From: the human T2T-CHM13v2.0 reference genome, Homo sapiens
DNA length: 64,000 nucleotides
Direction: 5' to 3' (one strand)
Assembly: GCF_009914755.1 (NCBI RefSeq)
Contig: NC_060932.1
In this document: positions 32,975 through 45,030 of the stretch, in pieces
Position numbering within the stretch: position 1 is the stretch's first letter
How the letters are laid out: each line of letters begins with the position of its first letter
Made by a program: the position numbers and the translations under genes
Notes under the pieces: generated by a model
What the model was told of the DNA's origin: nothing
What the model saw: the letters and a program-made list of their open reading frames with translations, nothing else
Database searches by the model: none

Positions 32975-33490
32975 ATAGAATGTAGCAGCACAGGCTCTGA
33001 AATCAGACTGCCCGGGTTGGAATCTGTCTCTGTCACTTAATAGCCTTGTCACCTTAGACAAGTGTCATACCCTTCCTCAGCATCAGTTTTATCATCCTTA
33101 GAATGGCAACAATAATAGTATCTCCACATGGTCTCACTCATAAGAGGGAGCTGAACAATGAGAACAAATGGACACAGGGAGGGGAACATCACACACTGGG
33201 GCCTATTGGGGGGTCGGGGGCAAGGGGAGAGAGAGCATTAGGACAAATACCTAATGCATGCGGGGCTTAAAACCTAGATGATGGGTTGATAGGTGCAGCA
33301 AACCACTATGGTACATGTATACCTGTGTAACAAACCTGCACGTTCTGCACATGTATCCCAGAACTTAAAGTAAAGTAAAAAAAAAGTATCTCCCTCATAG
33401 ATTGTCATAAGGATTAAATAGATTTATACACATACACACACAGAATGTTTGTATGCCTAATACCTAACAAGCACTCAATGAATGTTTGCA
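32975..33490 (+). mobile_element. MIR split by an L1PA insertion
   Basis: ggctctgaaatcagactgcccgggttggaatct... and resumes tcatagattgtcataaggattaaat after the L1. Confidence 0.7.
33126..33385 (+). mobile_element. L1PA 3' end (5'-truncated)
   Basis: tctcactcataag...ggacacagggaggggaacatcacacac...aacctgcacgttctgcacatgtatcccagaacttaaagtaa; TSD agtatctcc. Confidence 0.92.
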
Positions 33491-33936
33491 AAAATAGAAC
33501 TTAATTGAAGGTGATTTTGAAAGAAAAAAAATTTTAAAGACTTTGTTTCCAAAGAGAGATAGAGAGGAGGTTAGTTTGTTGGGTCAGGCTGAGTTGGACT
33601 CTTGGCAATTCTGAGTTTCTTTCTCCACAGATATTTACCTTTCAAGGGGTTGAATTTCTTATTCTTCCCCAGTAAAAGTAACTGATGATGGTTAAGAACA
33701 TAGTCTATGGGGTCAGACATGCATGCACTAGAAACCCAGCCTCCCTGCTTACTAGTGTTGTGATATGTGATGTTGTATTACGTAACTTTTCTGAGCCTCA
33801 ATATCTTTACCTGTATAATCACAGCAGTTTTGTTTCAAGGATTATATGAAATAATGCATGATTGACTTTTCTTGGCTCAGTCAGCACTAAAAAAATGGTG
33901 GCGATGGTAGCCACCATTGCATAAAGCAAAGGGCTT

Positions 33937-34358
33937 TGATGTGGTTTGTATGTTGTCTCCTCCAAATCTCATGTTGAAATGTGATCCCCCCTATTGGAGG
34001 TAGGGCCTGGTGGGAGGTGTTTGGCTCATGGGGATGGAGCCTTCGTGAATGGCTTGGTCCCCTCCTCTCTTTAATGAGTGAGTTCTCGCTCTGTTCGTTC
34101 CCTTGAGAACTCGCTGTTGTAAAAGGCCTGGCACCACTTCCTTTTCCTCTCTTTCTCCCTCTCTCATTATGTGATCCCTGCTCCCACTTCACCTTCTGCC
34201 ATGAATGGAAGCAGCCTGAGGTCATCACTAGAGGCAGATACTAGTACCATGCTTCTTGTACAGCCTGCAGAACAATGAGCCCAATAAATGTCTTTTCTTT
34301 ACAAATTATCCAGCCTCAGTCAATCCTTTCTAGCAATGCAAAAAAATGGACTCAGACA
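33937..34358 (+). mobile_element. MSTB-like MaLR solo LTR
   Basis: TGATGTGGTTTG...AATGGACTCAGACA; TSD gggctt on both sides. Confidence 0.85.
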
Positions 34359-35931
34359 GGGCTTAATGCTTCCCCAGTAGAGGCTGGGAGCACAGGCTTG
34401 GCACCCTTCTCTGAGGAGAATGATTTGACTTGGTTGTACTGGAGATAGCTGATTCACCCACCTTTTTTTTTTCTACGACCTTTGGCAATCCATCTTTCTT
34501 TGTTGGGATAGAGCTTTCTAGTCAACAAAGCACTTTCAAACGCATTCACTCCATTGCTACTCTTCTGAAGAAGGAGGATAGGGAAGGCATCATTAGCAAT
34601 GGATTAGCTTTGGTTTCCAGGTGAGAAAACTGAGGCTCAGAGAGCATAAATTCCTTGGCCAAGGTCACCTAACACGTGGCAGAGCCAGAACTGGCACCTC
34701 TATGCTGTGACAAGGCTGTCCTCCCACTTTCCCGATGAGACCAATCAAAGGCCAGTTGGTAGTGTATGGAGTTTCCCCAGGCTGTATGGATAAGTTATGG
34801 GCTCTGCGGTGGGGTCTGGCTTAGAGGAGACCCTTAACAAACAGGTTGCCATTATTATCAGAGCATCTTTAGGGACTACCACCTCTATGTCCACCACCAT
34901 GACTCTATTTTAATCCATTATTTTCCTGCGTGGCTGATGAAGCTAACAATACTGATGTAAAATGGTTATGAACACCAGGACCAAAAAAATATATCTTTTC
35001 CTTATCAAGATGATTTATACTGGGAGAAGTATGGCTCTCCCCCTTCTATTCCATTCTCATATTTTGAATCAGGAGCGATTTTGCTTGAGAAACACAGTCA
35101 GGACAATTTCCATCTATAACTGCATTGTAAGGAAGAGGATAATGGGAATTTTAATGAAAACGCCAACGCAGTGCGAATAGGAATCAGCTCTTTTGCAATA
35201 GGAAGCAGCTACTTTGCTCAACAGGCAACAAAAACCTTTAGCTTGTGTTCATGAAAATGATGATCGTCTCTGGCTCCACTGAGATTTAACCAAGAGGGGA
35301 AAAAAAAGAATTTTAAAAGTTCAGATGCGGTTCACCCAGAAGTTTGTCTCCAGACTTCAAGAACATTTCAGTTTTTCAAAAGGGCACACAAAGAAAGAGG
35401 CTGGACTCCTGTACAAAAGCACACAGATTCTCTAGACCATAAGAAGCGCCTGAGCCAGTGTGCTGTTAGTTGTCTGTGCTTTGTGTCTCATGACTATGAA
35501 ACAGCAGGATTGACAATGACATGCTGGACTAACCATGATCAGCCCCAGGGCCTGTGCCACAAAAAGGACTGCACAGCAATGACAGCTCATTCTTCTACCA
35601 CGGTCTAGCATGCGTGCTGTGTGTGTGGTGGGTGTTATTTAGGGGAGGAGGAGGTAACAGTGAGACACGTGTTTTGTGTGTTAAGGGGACAGAGACACTA
35701 AGCTTGACCCACTATGATGTCTGAGTCAGTCTGGTGAACCAATCATGAAATGCTCAAAAGAGAGTTGCACAGTTACAAAGCCTTTGCCATTGAATGGTGG
35801 AGACTGTGGCATCAGTCCCCCACCCTATCTTCTGTAGAAAACAGAATGAGAGTGCAGTTGCACAGAGGTGGCTCCACTGTAGCTCCTCATGTTATGCATG
35901 GCAGACATTGCTAATATTCATTCCAGTTCCC

Positions 35932-36238
35932 GGTCAGGCATGGTGGCTCACACCTGTATTCCCAGCACTTTGGGGGGCCGAGGCATGTGGATCACCTGAG
36001 GTCAGGAGTTCGAGACCAGCCTGGCCAACATGATGAAACCTCGTCTATACTAAAAACACAAAAAATTAGTCAGGCGTGGTGGCAGAAGCCTGTAATCTCA
36101 GGTACTTGGGAGGCTGAGGCAGGAGAATCGCTTGAACCCGGGAGGTGGAGGCTTCAGTGAGCTGAGATTGCGCCACTGCACTCCAACCTGGGGCAACAAG
36201 AGTGAAACCTGAAACTTCCTCTCAAAAAAAAAAAAAAA
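35932..36238 (+). mobile_element. AluS (Sq/Sx-like)
   Basis: Full dimer; long perfect TSD aatattcattccagttccc. Confidence 0.95.
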
Positions 36239-36259
36239 ATATTCATTCCAGTTCCCATT

Positions 36260-37240
36260 CTCTCACCCCGATTACTCACAGAACTACAACTCTGTTCCAA
36301 AAGGAGAAACAGCCCAGATTTAAAAAACAAACAAACAAAAAAATAAACACTGCATTCACAGCCTCTCTTGCTGACAAGGGTGATCATAGGCCCAACTGCA
36401 GTTCTGATCAAAGAGAAACAGTGAGAGGTCTGGCGGGGATTTCCGGGAAAGTTTTGCTCTCCTAATTTGGTGCCTCTCTGTGTTAGATTGCAAGAATGGC
36501 CACAAGTTCTTCCCCTTGTCACACTTTTGGAATTGACTTTGCAACTTCTCTCATCGAAAAGCAGTTTATTTTTTCACCCTTTGACTCTGGGCTTGGTCTT
36601 GTGAATTGCTTTGGCCAATGGTACAATAGCAAACAAGATGCAAACAAAAACAGATTGCATGATGGAGATTCCCTTCTCTTGCTGTTCTTGGAAACCTGAA
36701 ACTGCCACGTGAAGACACCAGGGCTGGCCTACTGTAAGATAAGGGACATGTGGCCTGGGAACTCCTGTCTCTCTGGCCAACAGCATGTCAATAACCAGAC
36801 ACATGAATGATTCATACTAGATCTTCCAACCTACAGCCAACCCACCAGATGTCTGCAGATGTGTGAGTGAGACCCACAGAGACCAGCTGAACTAAGCAGA
36901 ACTGAAGACCACTCATCTGACACAATGATTGTTGTTTTATGCCACCAGGTTTGGGGGATTGTTTGTTACCCAGCAAAAGCAAACAGATCTATACTTTTTT
37001 CCCACGCCACTTTCTTCTTCCTGCTTGGAATGCAGATGTGATACTGAAGGTGGGACAACCACCTTTGCAACCATGAGGACAAATGCTTTACAGAAAGATG
37101 GAAGAGGCCTGGCAAAGTGATGCTACCATGGACTCAATAGCTGCACAATCCCACAAGTGTCTGCCTCCAGACTTTATGGTTTGTGAGAAAAATAAAACCT
37201 TGTGCTGTTAAGCCACTTGTATCATCCAGTTTTTAATTAC
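36260..37240 (+). mobile_element. Nested old MLT1 LTRs (an MLT1G/H-like copy at ~36479-36992 inside an MLT1J/K-like copy)
   Basis: tgtgttagattgcaagaatggccacaag...gactctgggcttggtcttgtgaattgctttggccaatgg; outer element ends tgtgagaaaaataaaacc...gttaagccact. Confidence 0.55.
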
Positions 37241-37562
37241 AGACATCTGAATCCACTTCAGGTAGTTTAAGTAAAAAGCAGTTTATGAAAATATGTCACT
37301 TAGCTTATGGAACCTCTAAAGATCCAGAGAACCAGTGTAGTCTTTGCAATAAAAGAGGGTGAGGTGAGGCCTGCTTCCCACGAGAGGATGCATGTGGATT
37401 GTTTGATTCTACGTAGCCAGGAGAAAGGGAAGCCAGACATAGCAGAGCCAAGAGCAAAGCCCCACCATAGTGCAGGACTGTTGTGCTAGAAATAGAAGTG
37501 TTGCCACCTACCATTGCAACCAAATTATTATTATTATATTATTAAGGGAATGAACAGCAAAA

Positions 37563-37941
37563 TTTTCTTTTTTATCCTCAACTTTTATTTTAAGTTCCTG
37601 GGTACATGTGCAGGATGTGCAGGTTTGTTACACAGGTAAATGTGTGCCACGGTGGTTTGCTACACAGATCAACCCATCACCTAGGTATCAAGCCCAGCAT
37701 CCATTAGCTATTCTTCCTGATGCTCTCCCTCCCACCCCTCAACAGGCCCCACTATGTGTTTTTCCCCTCCCTGTGTCCATGTGTTCTCTTCATTCAGCTC
37801 CCACTTGTAAGCAGGAACATGCAGTGTTTGGTTTTCTGTTCCTGTGTTAGTTTGCTGAGGATAATGGCTTCCAGCTTTATCCATGTCCCTGCTGAGGACA
37901 CAATCTCATTCCTTTTTATGGCTGCATAGTATTCCATGGTG
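37563..37941 (-). mobile_element. L1PA (older, L1PA10/11-like) 3' end
   Basis: gggtacatgtgcaggatgtgcaggtttgttacacaggtaaa...cctttttatggctgcatagtattccatggtg. Confidence 0.9.
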
Positions 37942-38103
37942 AAAACTACCATTTTCTCCACGGCTCCCCTGGAAGAACAGATGCCTCTGTCTCTGTACTC
38001 TCCACATTGCTACTCCCATGTTTCTTACTTCTGCCCCAAAATCTCATGCAAGACCACCTATTTGCTAGAGCCATGTATTTCAATCACTTCCTCTTCAGGT
38101 AAT

Positions 38104-38568
38104 TGTTGAGGGAGGGTTTCCCTAGCCCTCTAGGGTTATAGGAATGGTCAAACATATGACACCCAGCACCGGATAGATGAAATAAACATCAGTTTATTAG
38201 TCATATACACTCACTGTCCAGGGGAGGAGGACAGTGCATACTGTACAGGGCCATATGGGGATTCTATTTGGGAGCACAATGAACAAACAGGGTCTGTGGG
38301 AGGCAGTCTTTCCAATAACAGAGGGTGAGGTGAGGCCTGCTTCCCACGAGAGGATGCATGTGGCTTGTCTGAATATTTCTGTGTGCTGGCAGGGGCCTGA
38401 AGCCCACCACTCAGGGATAAGCAGACACTGGGCCTGGTCTCCCTGACAAGGAGGGCTTGTTTGGTTAGGGGACCTTATCTGCCACAGCAGAGTGGGCAAG
38501 GGACTTGAGATTAGGCCATTTGAGGCCTCCCCATGCTATTTAATCTTAATTTCAGGACTTGTACTACA
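38104..38568 (-). mobile_element. ERVL-type solo LTR (MER54-like; subfamily uncertain)
   Basis: TG...CA termini (tgttgagg ... gtactaca); reverse AATAAA (tttatt near 38193); body resembles a remembered ERVL LTR consensus. Confidence 0.55.
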
Positions 38569-40906
38569 CCATTTCTCAAGGAAGCTCCCTAGCTGGAAGA
38601 AGAATTAGGAAATCTAATTTTAGTTTTCTATCCTGTAGCTCAGAAAGGCAAGCTCAGAGGCTTGAGATAGGTGTTGAGTGAGCAATATTCCACCTTTTTT
38701 ATTATTTAACATCCACATATATGCTTCTTTCCATAATTAAACTTTTAAATGATAACAGCAGCAGCATGCTCTTACCTTATACAACTAGCCCTTCTACAAA
38801 TGAAAATGTCCATCCCTTCCCCGCAGGAGGAAAGACTCCATGTCTCATGGTCAGTGTTTCCAGCTCTGGGTGGTGTTTATTCCTTTTCCAGTGCAGTCAA
38901 AATCCTATCTAGCTATCCAGTCACCTGGGGACTAAATAAATAGTAGCAGAAAGGGAGGGGGGAAATTGGAAATACACACACATCAGAAAAAGAAAGAAAA
39001 TAAAGGGAGCAACTATAGTCATTTTCTGCAGCTGGTAAGGCAGTGACAAGAGGGCATAGCAGTGCCCAGTGGAAGTATCAGTGATGCCAGGAAGATGTCA
39101 TGGTCTGCGCAGAGAGTTCTGGAACAGTGTTAAGAGACAAAGATGGCTGAACTAATTGTATGGGAGCACATATAAAGCCATCCAGGGCTTCTGGAAATAC
39201 CAGAGTGCGACTCGTTGCAGGGGTCTGGGTTCCTGCCTTATAAGCGAGACAAGACCCAGCAAGAAACATGTTAAAAGAAGCAAAAAGACACAGTCAAAGC
39301 CCCCAAAAAATATCCAACTGGGAAGACAATTATTCAATGCACAAAATACCTACCCTCCCCACCCGCCCCCGCACCCCCCCCCCAAAAAAAACCCACAAAA
39401 CATTAAGGATATCCTGGCTCTATAAGAAGTACTGAGACAAGGAAGAAAAGAAGGTGCTGATCTAGGGTGTGTCCATCTGGGGAGGACAACAGATCTTCAT
39501 GATGTCCAATGGCCAGAACAGGGCCTCTGCTGTGCTCTCAGAGAGCACAAGAGCTTCCAAGGTCCAGAGAAGTCAAGTGACTCACTGGAAGTCACACAGG
39601 CAAGGAATGGCAGGCAAGTATCTTTGTGGATAGGACAGTGCAGCAAACCATAATGGAGTAACTTCTAGGCAGTCGTTCTTTGTCTTGTTTCTCCTTGCAC
39701 TTTTCACTCTCCTCTCAGTCAAAGAAAAGAACTACTGTCTAATTACAATAAAGTAACTTGATTTCCTCATGCCTCCAGTAGGCAAACTTTCCCATCAGTC
39801 ACCTGTTTCTTAGATGAACTTTTCTGGCTAATGGGATAAGAAAAAAAGTAGTTTCCATTGTAACCATATCTTATGCATATGCCATGGAAAGGACACTTAT
39901 TTGGAAGTCAGGAGACCTGAATTCTTTTCCTGGCCTGGCCAGTGACTGCTGGAGGTTCTGAGCTGGTCACTTCGTCCCTGTGGGCTTCTGTTGCTTCATC
40001 TGCAAAATGATAGGGTTGGCCTGGATCCGTGGTTGTGCAGGATCTGTGGTTGTCCAGTTGCTCCTTAAAAACCTCAGATTACATGACAGTGTCTGAGCAG
40101 CAGACAATGGGAGAAACCAACTTGACAAGACTTTGGGTCCCAGAGAAGTCAAGTGACTCACTCACTTGACTTCTCTTTGGGTCCCCATTCCAGCTGAGTT
40201 TTCTATATTGGGGTTCCCAGGCTAAGAAAAAACAAATCAAATAGAGAGTTACCCAGGCCCTAATAATCTGTGATTCCAATGCATTTGGTTGATGATTCTA
40301 AAGATAGCTCCTTGCCCACACGCCTAAAGTGAGTGAAATTTTGGATGGGCTAAAAATAAAGAATGCTGGTGTGATTTCCGGATTTTTTCAGAATGGCACA
40401 GAGAGTGGACTGAGAAAAATGTTTTATGAGTGGGAATTATGTTGCTTTCCTGCCAAGATTTATCACATAAGCATGTTTTATCCTTTGCAGCACCAGCTTT
40501 ATTGTGAACACTATTTCACTGTATGTGCATCTGCCTTAAGGACATAGACCAAAGGCTCTTAGAGGCTGGGGCCACAAGGTATCCAGCATGGAGATTAATC
40601 ATCAGAACCTTCTAAAGAAGTCAGTGGGAAGGATGAGAGAGTTCAGTGTTCTTCATTTCCTCCTCCAGAATCTTAGCCATATTTGGGATTTATTTAGTCA
40701 TGTTATAAATACCGTACTACTATGACAACTGGGACAGCTACACTATTATTAGGACAACTGCATTATAAATAAATTTTAAGCAGAAGTTCTAAGCAAGTGA
40801 ATATACCCACCTTTAGTTCAGAACAGCTGTTAAATGGTCTGGTAGTAGACGAGTTGTAAGAAAACAGAGATTCCCAAATTGTGCTGTTTGGTATTAAAGA
40901 AAAATT

Positions 40907-41106
40907 GGTCCAGACATGGGCATGGTGGTTCACACCTGTAATCCCAACGACTTGGGAGATAGAGGTGGAGGGATGACTTGAGATGTGGAGTTCTAAACTA
41001 GTCTGGGCAACATAGTGAGACCCCGTCTTCAAAAAAAGAAAAAGAAAGGAAGAAAGGAAGAAAAGAAAGAAAGAAAGGAAGGAAGGAAGGAAGGGAGAAA
41101 GAAAGG
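40907..41106 (+). mobile_element. Alu left monomer (FLAM/AluJ) with GA-rich tail
   Basis: gggcatggtggttcacacctgtaatccca...ctgggcaacatagtgagaccccgtct followed by (GAAA/GGAA)n. Confidence 0.85.
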
Positions 41107-41826
41107 TAAAAATGGTTTCTAATGCTTTGAATTTTTAGCTAATGAAGTAAAAACAATGATACATGGGACACAGTAAAATGTAGGGAATGATATATAGGAA
41201 TCGAGATAATTTTAATTTGTCTACTGATGAGCAAACTGAAAGGTACCATTAGGATCGTCTTCAAGTGCATGATGTTTTGTGAATTAGATTCTTCATGGTC
41301 ATTTTCGGTATTCCAAAAAGAACAAGGAAGAAATGGACTTATGTTTAGGAGATAAGACTTGGTTTCTTAATGGAAGTAAATCAAGACTTTTCTTTTTTTG
41401 TAATAAAACACTAAGGTGGACAAAATAAGGTCACCCTCAGATCTCTTGGCATCTGGCCACCTGTCTTGGACAGGTGTCCAAGGTGTCTGTTTCAAGGGAA
41501 ATGGCTGGAGAGGGGGATCTTCATGGGATTTGCATTACACTGATGAGTGTACATGGAGCATCTTTAGAAATGTGTGTTGATGGAGTTGTTACCAGCCTAT
41601 CACATCTGTAAAACGATGGATGCTTTTAAAACCTTTTCCTAGACATGCTCTCATTTGGGCTGTGAGAAAGGTTCTGAAGCAGCATTTTTCCTGTGTATAT
41701 GAAACAACAGAAACTCAGGGACGTAAAGAGGCTTAACCACAGTCAGGTGAAAACAAGTGGCAAGGGCAGGTAAACCCTGCTGTCATGGCCAGCCATGGAC
41801 CCCAGCACTGCAGAGTGAGAGACGCC

Positions 41827-41845
41827 TATCAGCAGGGGGCAGCAT
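41827..41845 (+). promoter_or_regulatory. Candidate CTCF motif
   Basis: tcagcagggggcagc, a one-mismatch match to CCASYAGRKGGCRS; motif only. Confidence 0.3.
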
Positions 41846-41980
41846 TGAGAAGACGGTGCTTGGGCGATGGAGAATGGGGCCACCTGGTGAAGAATGGCTG
41901 CCTGCTAAGGTGTCTCCAAAGTGGGGCTTGTTGCCTCAGAGCATGATCAGGCTTTGGGATCAGATCCTCCCCTATTGGGT

Positions 41981-42333
41981 TGTATTAGTCCGTTGTTTTC
42001 ACACTGCTGACATACCCGAGACTGGGCAATTTACAAAAGAAAGAGGTTTAACTGGACTTACAGTTCCACGTGACTGGGAAAGCCTCACAATCATGGTGGA
42101 TGCAAGGAAGAGCAAGTCACATCTTACATGGATGGCAGCAGGCAACGAGAGGGAGCTTGTGCAGGGGAATTCTTCTTTTTAAAACCATCAGATCTTGTGA
42201 GACTTATTCGCTGTCATGAAAACGGCACAGGAAAGACTTGCCCCCATGATTCAATTACCTCCCACTGAGTCCCTCCCACCACACGTGGGAATTCAAGATG
42301 GGGTTTGGGTGGGGGCACAGCCAAACCATATCA
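41981..42333 (-). mobile_element. THE1A/B-like solo LTR
   Basis: tgtattagtccg...cagccaaaccatatca; TSD tgggt/caggt. Confidence 0.9.
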
Positions 42334-42728
42334 CAGGTTCATAGACTTCCTAAGATATCGTTTCAACAACTCACTTCACAGAGGTGGACACTGAAGCCAC
42401 ACCATCCATGTATTTATAGCAAGAATGATCTCTTTCCCCAGTGACAGGACCACTCATGTCCATCCAGAGCTGATGAACTACACAGGAAGTGGAAGCTAAG
42501 GACAGGCTGCTGGAGCTGCCAGGGTGGAAAGGAGACTTGGACTTGAGCATAAATCCCCTGTGAAGATTTCTAGCTGTCTGCCTTTGATGGGGCTCCAAGT
42601 CTCATTTCTTCACTGTGCTCAAACCAGCTCTCAGCAGTCCTGTGTACATGCTCATACCCCATTCCTAGAATCAAGCTTTAAAATCAAGATTTTAAAAATA
42701 ACACACACCAGGTCATCAATTGTTGAAG

Positions 42729-43041
42729 TTTTGTTGTGTTTTGTTTTTTAAATGTTTTAGTGACAAGGTCTCGCTCTGTCACCCAGGCTGGAGTGCAGTG
42801 GCACGATCATAACTCACTGTAGCTCACTTCTGGGCTTGAGGGGGTCCTCCTGCCTCAGTCTCTTTAGTAGCTAGGACTATGGGCACGTACCATCACACCT
42901 GGCTAATTAAAAAAAAATTTTTGTAGAGATGAGCTCTCTCTATGTTGCCGAGGCTGGTCTTCAACTCCTTACCTCAAGTGATCCTCCCACTTTGGCCTTC
43001 CAAAATACTAGGATTACCAGTGTGAGCCACCACACCTGGCC
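42729..43041 (-). mobile_element. AluJ
   Basis: Reverse dimer, gatcataactcactgtagc; flanks share ttgaagttt. Confidence 0.9.
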
Positions 43042-44424
43042 TGGTCATTGAAGTTTATGAAGATTACTTGCAACCATGGAATCAGATCCAGCTTGGAGAA
43101 ACATTTTATTAAAATTCCCTGTGAAATACTTCTACATCCTACCCTATACCTCTGGTGATTAGAGCTACTAGCGTCCTTCACATACTGTATTCCTTTCACC
43201 TGGGCAGTGCTGAATGTACCAGGCTATTCTCCCCTTTGAATTATATATTCTAAGATACTACCCCTCACCTTTTCAATGACCCATTCTTTCCTTAAGTGCA
43301 TTAATATTATTCTGATTCCAGTTCAGTCCAGGCTATTTGGAGATTTATTGGCGCTACTCTCAAGTTTAAGGGACAGCAATGTGTCTAAGGGTGGGGGATT
43401 CAAGTATAAGAGAGCTTGAGGCAGCAAAGGAGCCCAAGAGAATCTGGGATTTCTCCTACAGTCCGTTAGATTATGTTCTGGAGACAAACACTAATAAGTG
43501 ACTCTATATTCCTTGACATGTGATTTTCTTGACATACTCATTTTCTGTTTGAACAATTTCTAATTTCGCTTTGAACAGAGCAGAAGCCATATTGCTAGAG
43601 AGCTGTCCGCCCCACCCCCTACTCTTGCAATCCCCACCAATCCCCATCTTCCTCACCACCAGCAAATTTCTCCTAGGGCCCTGCTGTAGCACACAGTGAT
43701 GCCTTCTCTTCTTTCTGACCCATAGCTCACTTGGTTTGACCTTGCTTTGACCTTGCCACAACTTCTTTGGGCCTCAGTCTCCCATCTGCAGGAGGGGGTC
43801 TTAGACCTGACAGTCTCCAACATTTCTGCCAACTCTAGATTCTCAGAAAGATACTCTCAGGAAAAAGAACCCCAAATTAAGCAAATTGGCATTGACTTTT
43901 GTTTCTGTTCTTTCTCTTTATTCTGTAGCTGTCAAGTCTTTAGGTATTTGAAACCAAGTGCAATGGGTTCCCTGTGGGTTTAATTTCAGTTGCTCTCTGT
44001 GTATTTTTTATTATGCACTTACCGAGGGACCAGTCTCTGTAAGTGTCCCCGAGGCACAAGTGTCCTTTTAGTTCTCAGAAGCTTGGCAACCCACATAAAA
44101 TCTTCTAATTAAAAATGTGCATTTCAAGAAAAATTTGAAGTCACACCCTCATACGGTGGAAGAAAGGAGCTCTGTTAAACTCTCCACGCACACAAGAATG
44201 AATCTCATTGTTAGAAAGAGATTTTCTACTCTACCAATCCTTGCTCCAGATTTCAGAATCCACCTCAGGCATTGAAGCTTCAGATTATCAGCCCCATGGG
44301 TCATAAATACTGACCTCCATTTACCATCTGTTAGCTCCATCACACAGAGACTCAATTCAGTACACATATCCTGAGAACCTACTACATGTCCGACCTAATG
44401 CTCAGAGTCACTGAGGACCCAAGG

Positions 44425-44655
44425 TAGTACTTTGCAAGGGCTCAGTACTTAGACTCTGAGTGAGTCAGCTGTGGTTTGGATCCAGGTTCTAGAGTGCATT
44501 TGCTCCATGACCTCTTGGATCCTCAGTGACTTCATCTGCAAAACAGATGCAACCTGCCAGGTGAGGTTGTTGTGATGTGTTCATGAGGTAATACATGCAA
44601 AGCATCAGCTCAATGTCTGATCCCTAGTAAGCCCTTAACAAATGATACCTATGAT
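44425..44655 (+). mobile_element. MIR SINE
   Basis: cctcagtgacttcatctgcaaaacaga...ggttgttgtgatgtgttcatgaggtaatacatgcaaagca. Confidence 0.65.
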
Positions 44656-44682
44656 AATGATCAAAAAAGGGAAGATGACAGA

Positions 44683-45030
44683 TTCATTTATTCAGCAGGC
44701 ATTAACCAAGAGCCTTTTATGTTCCACACACAATGCTGGACAGTGAATATGCGTTGGTAAACAAAGCAGGCATAGTAGCTGTTCTCATGGAACTTGCAAT
44801 CTCATAGGAGAAACAGTCTCTATAAAACAAACAAATCTATAAATATATAATGACAAGTTGTGGTAGGTGATATGAGGAAAATGAACTGATGCCTGAAAGT
44901 GCTTGGGAAGTTAGTGTGGGCAGAAGCATGTGGCCTTGGAAAAGAAGACAGAGGTTTCACCACAGCACAGGAAATACTCTTTTGAAAGGAGGTGGTCAGG
45001 GCAGTTTTTACAGGACAGAAGAAGGAGCCC
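44683..45030 (-). mobile_element. L2 3' region
   Basis: ttcatttattcagcaggcattaa...ggtaaacaaagcaggcatag...ctcatggaacttgcaatct. Confidence 0.6.
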
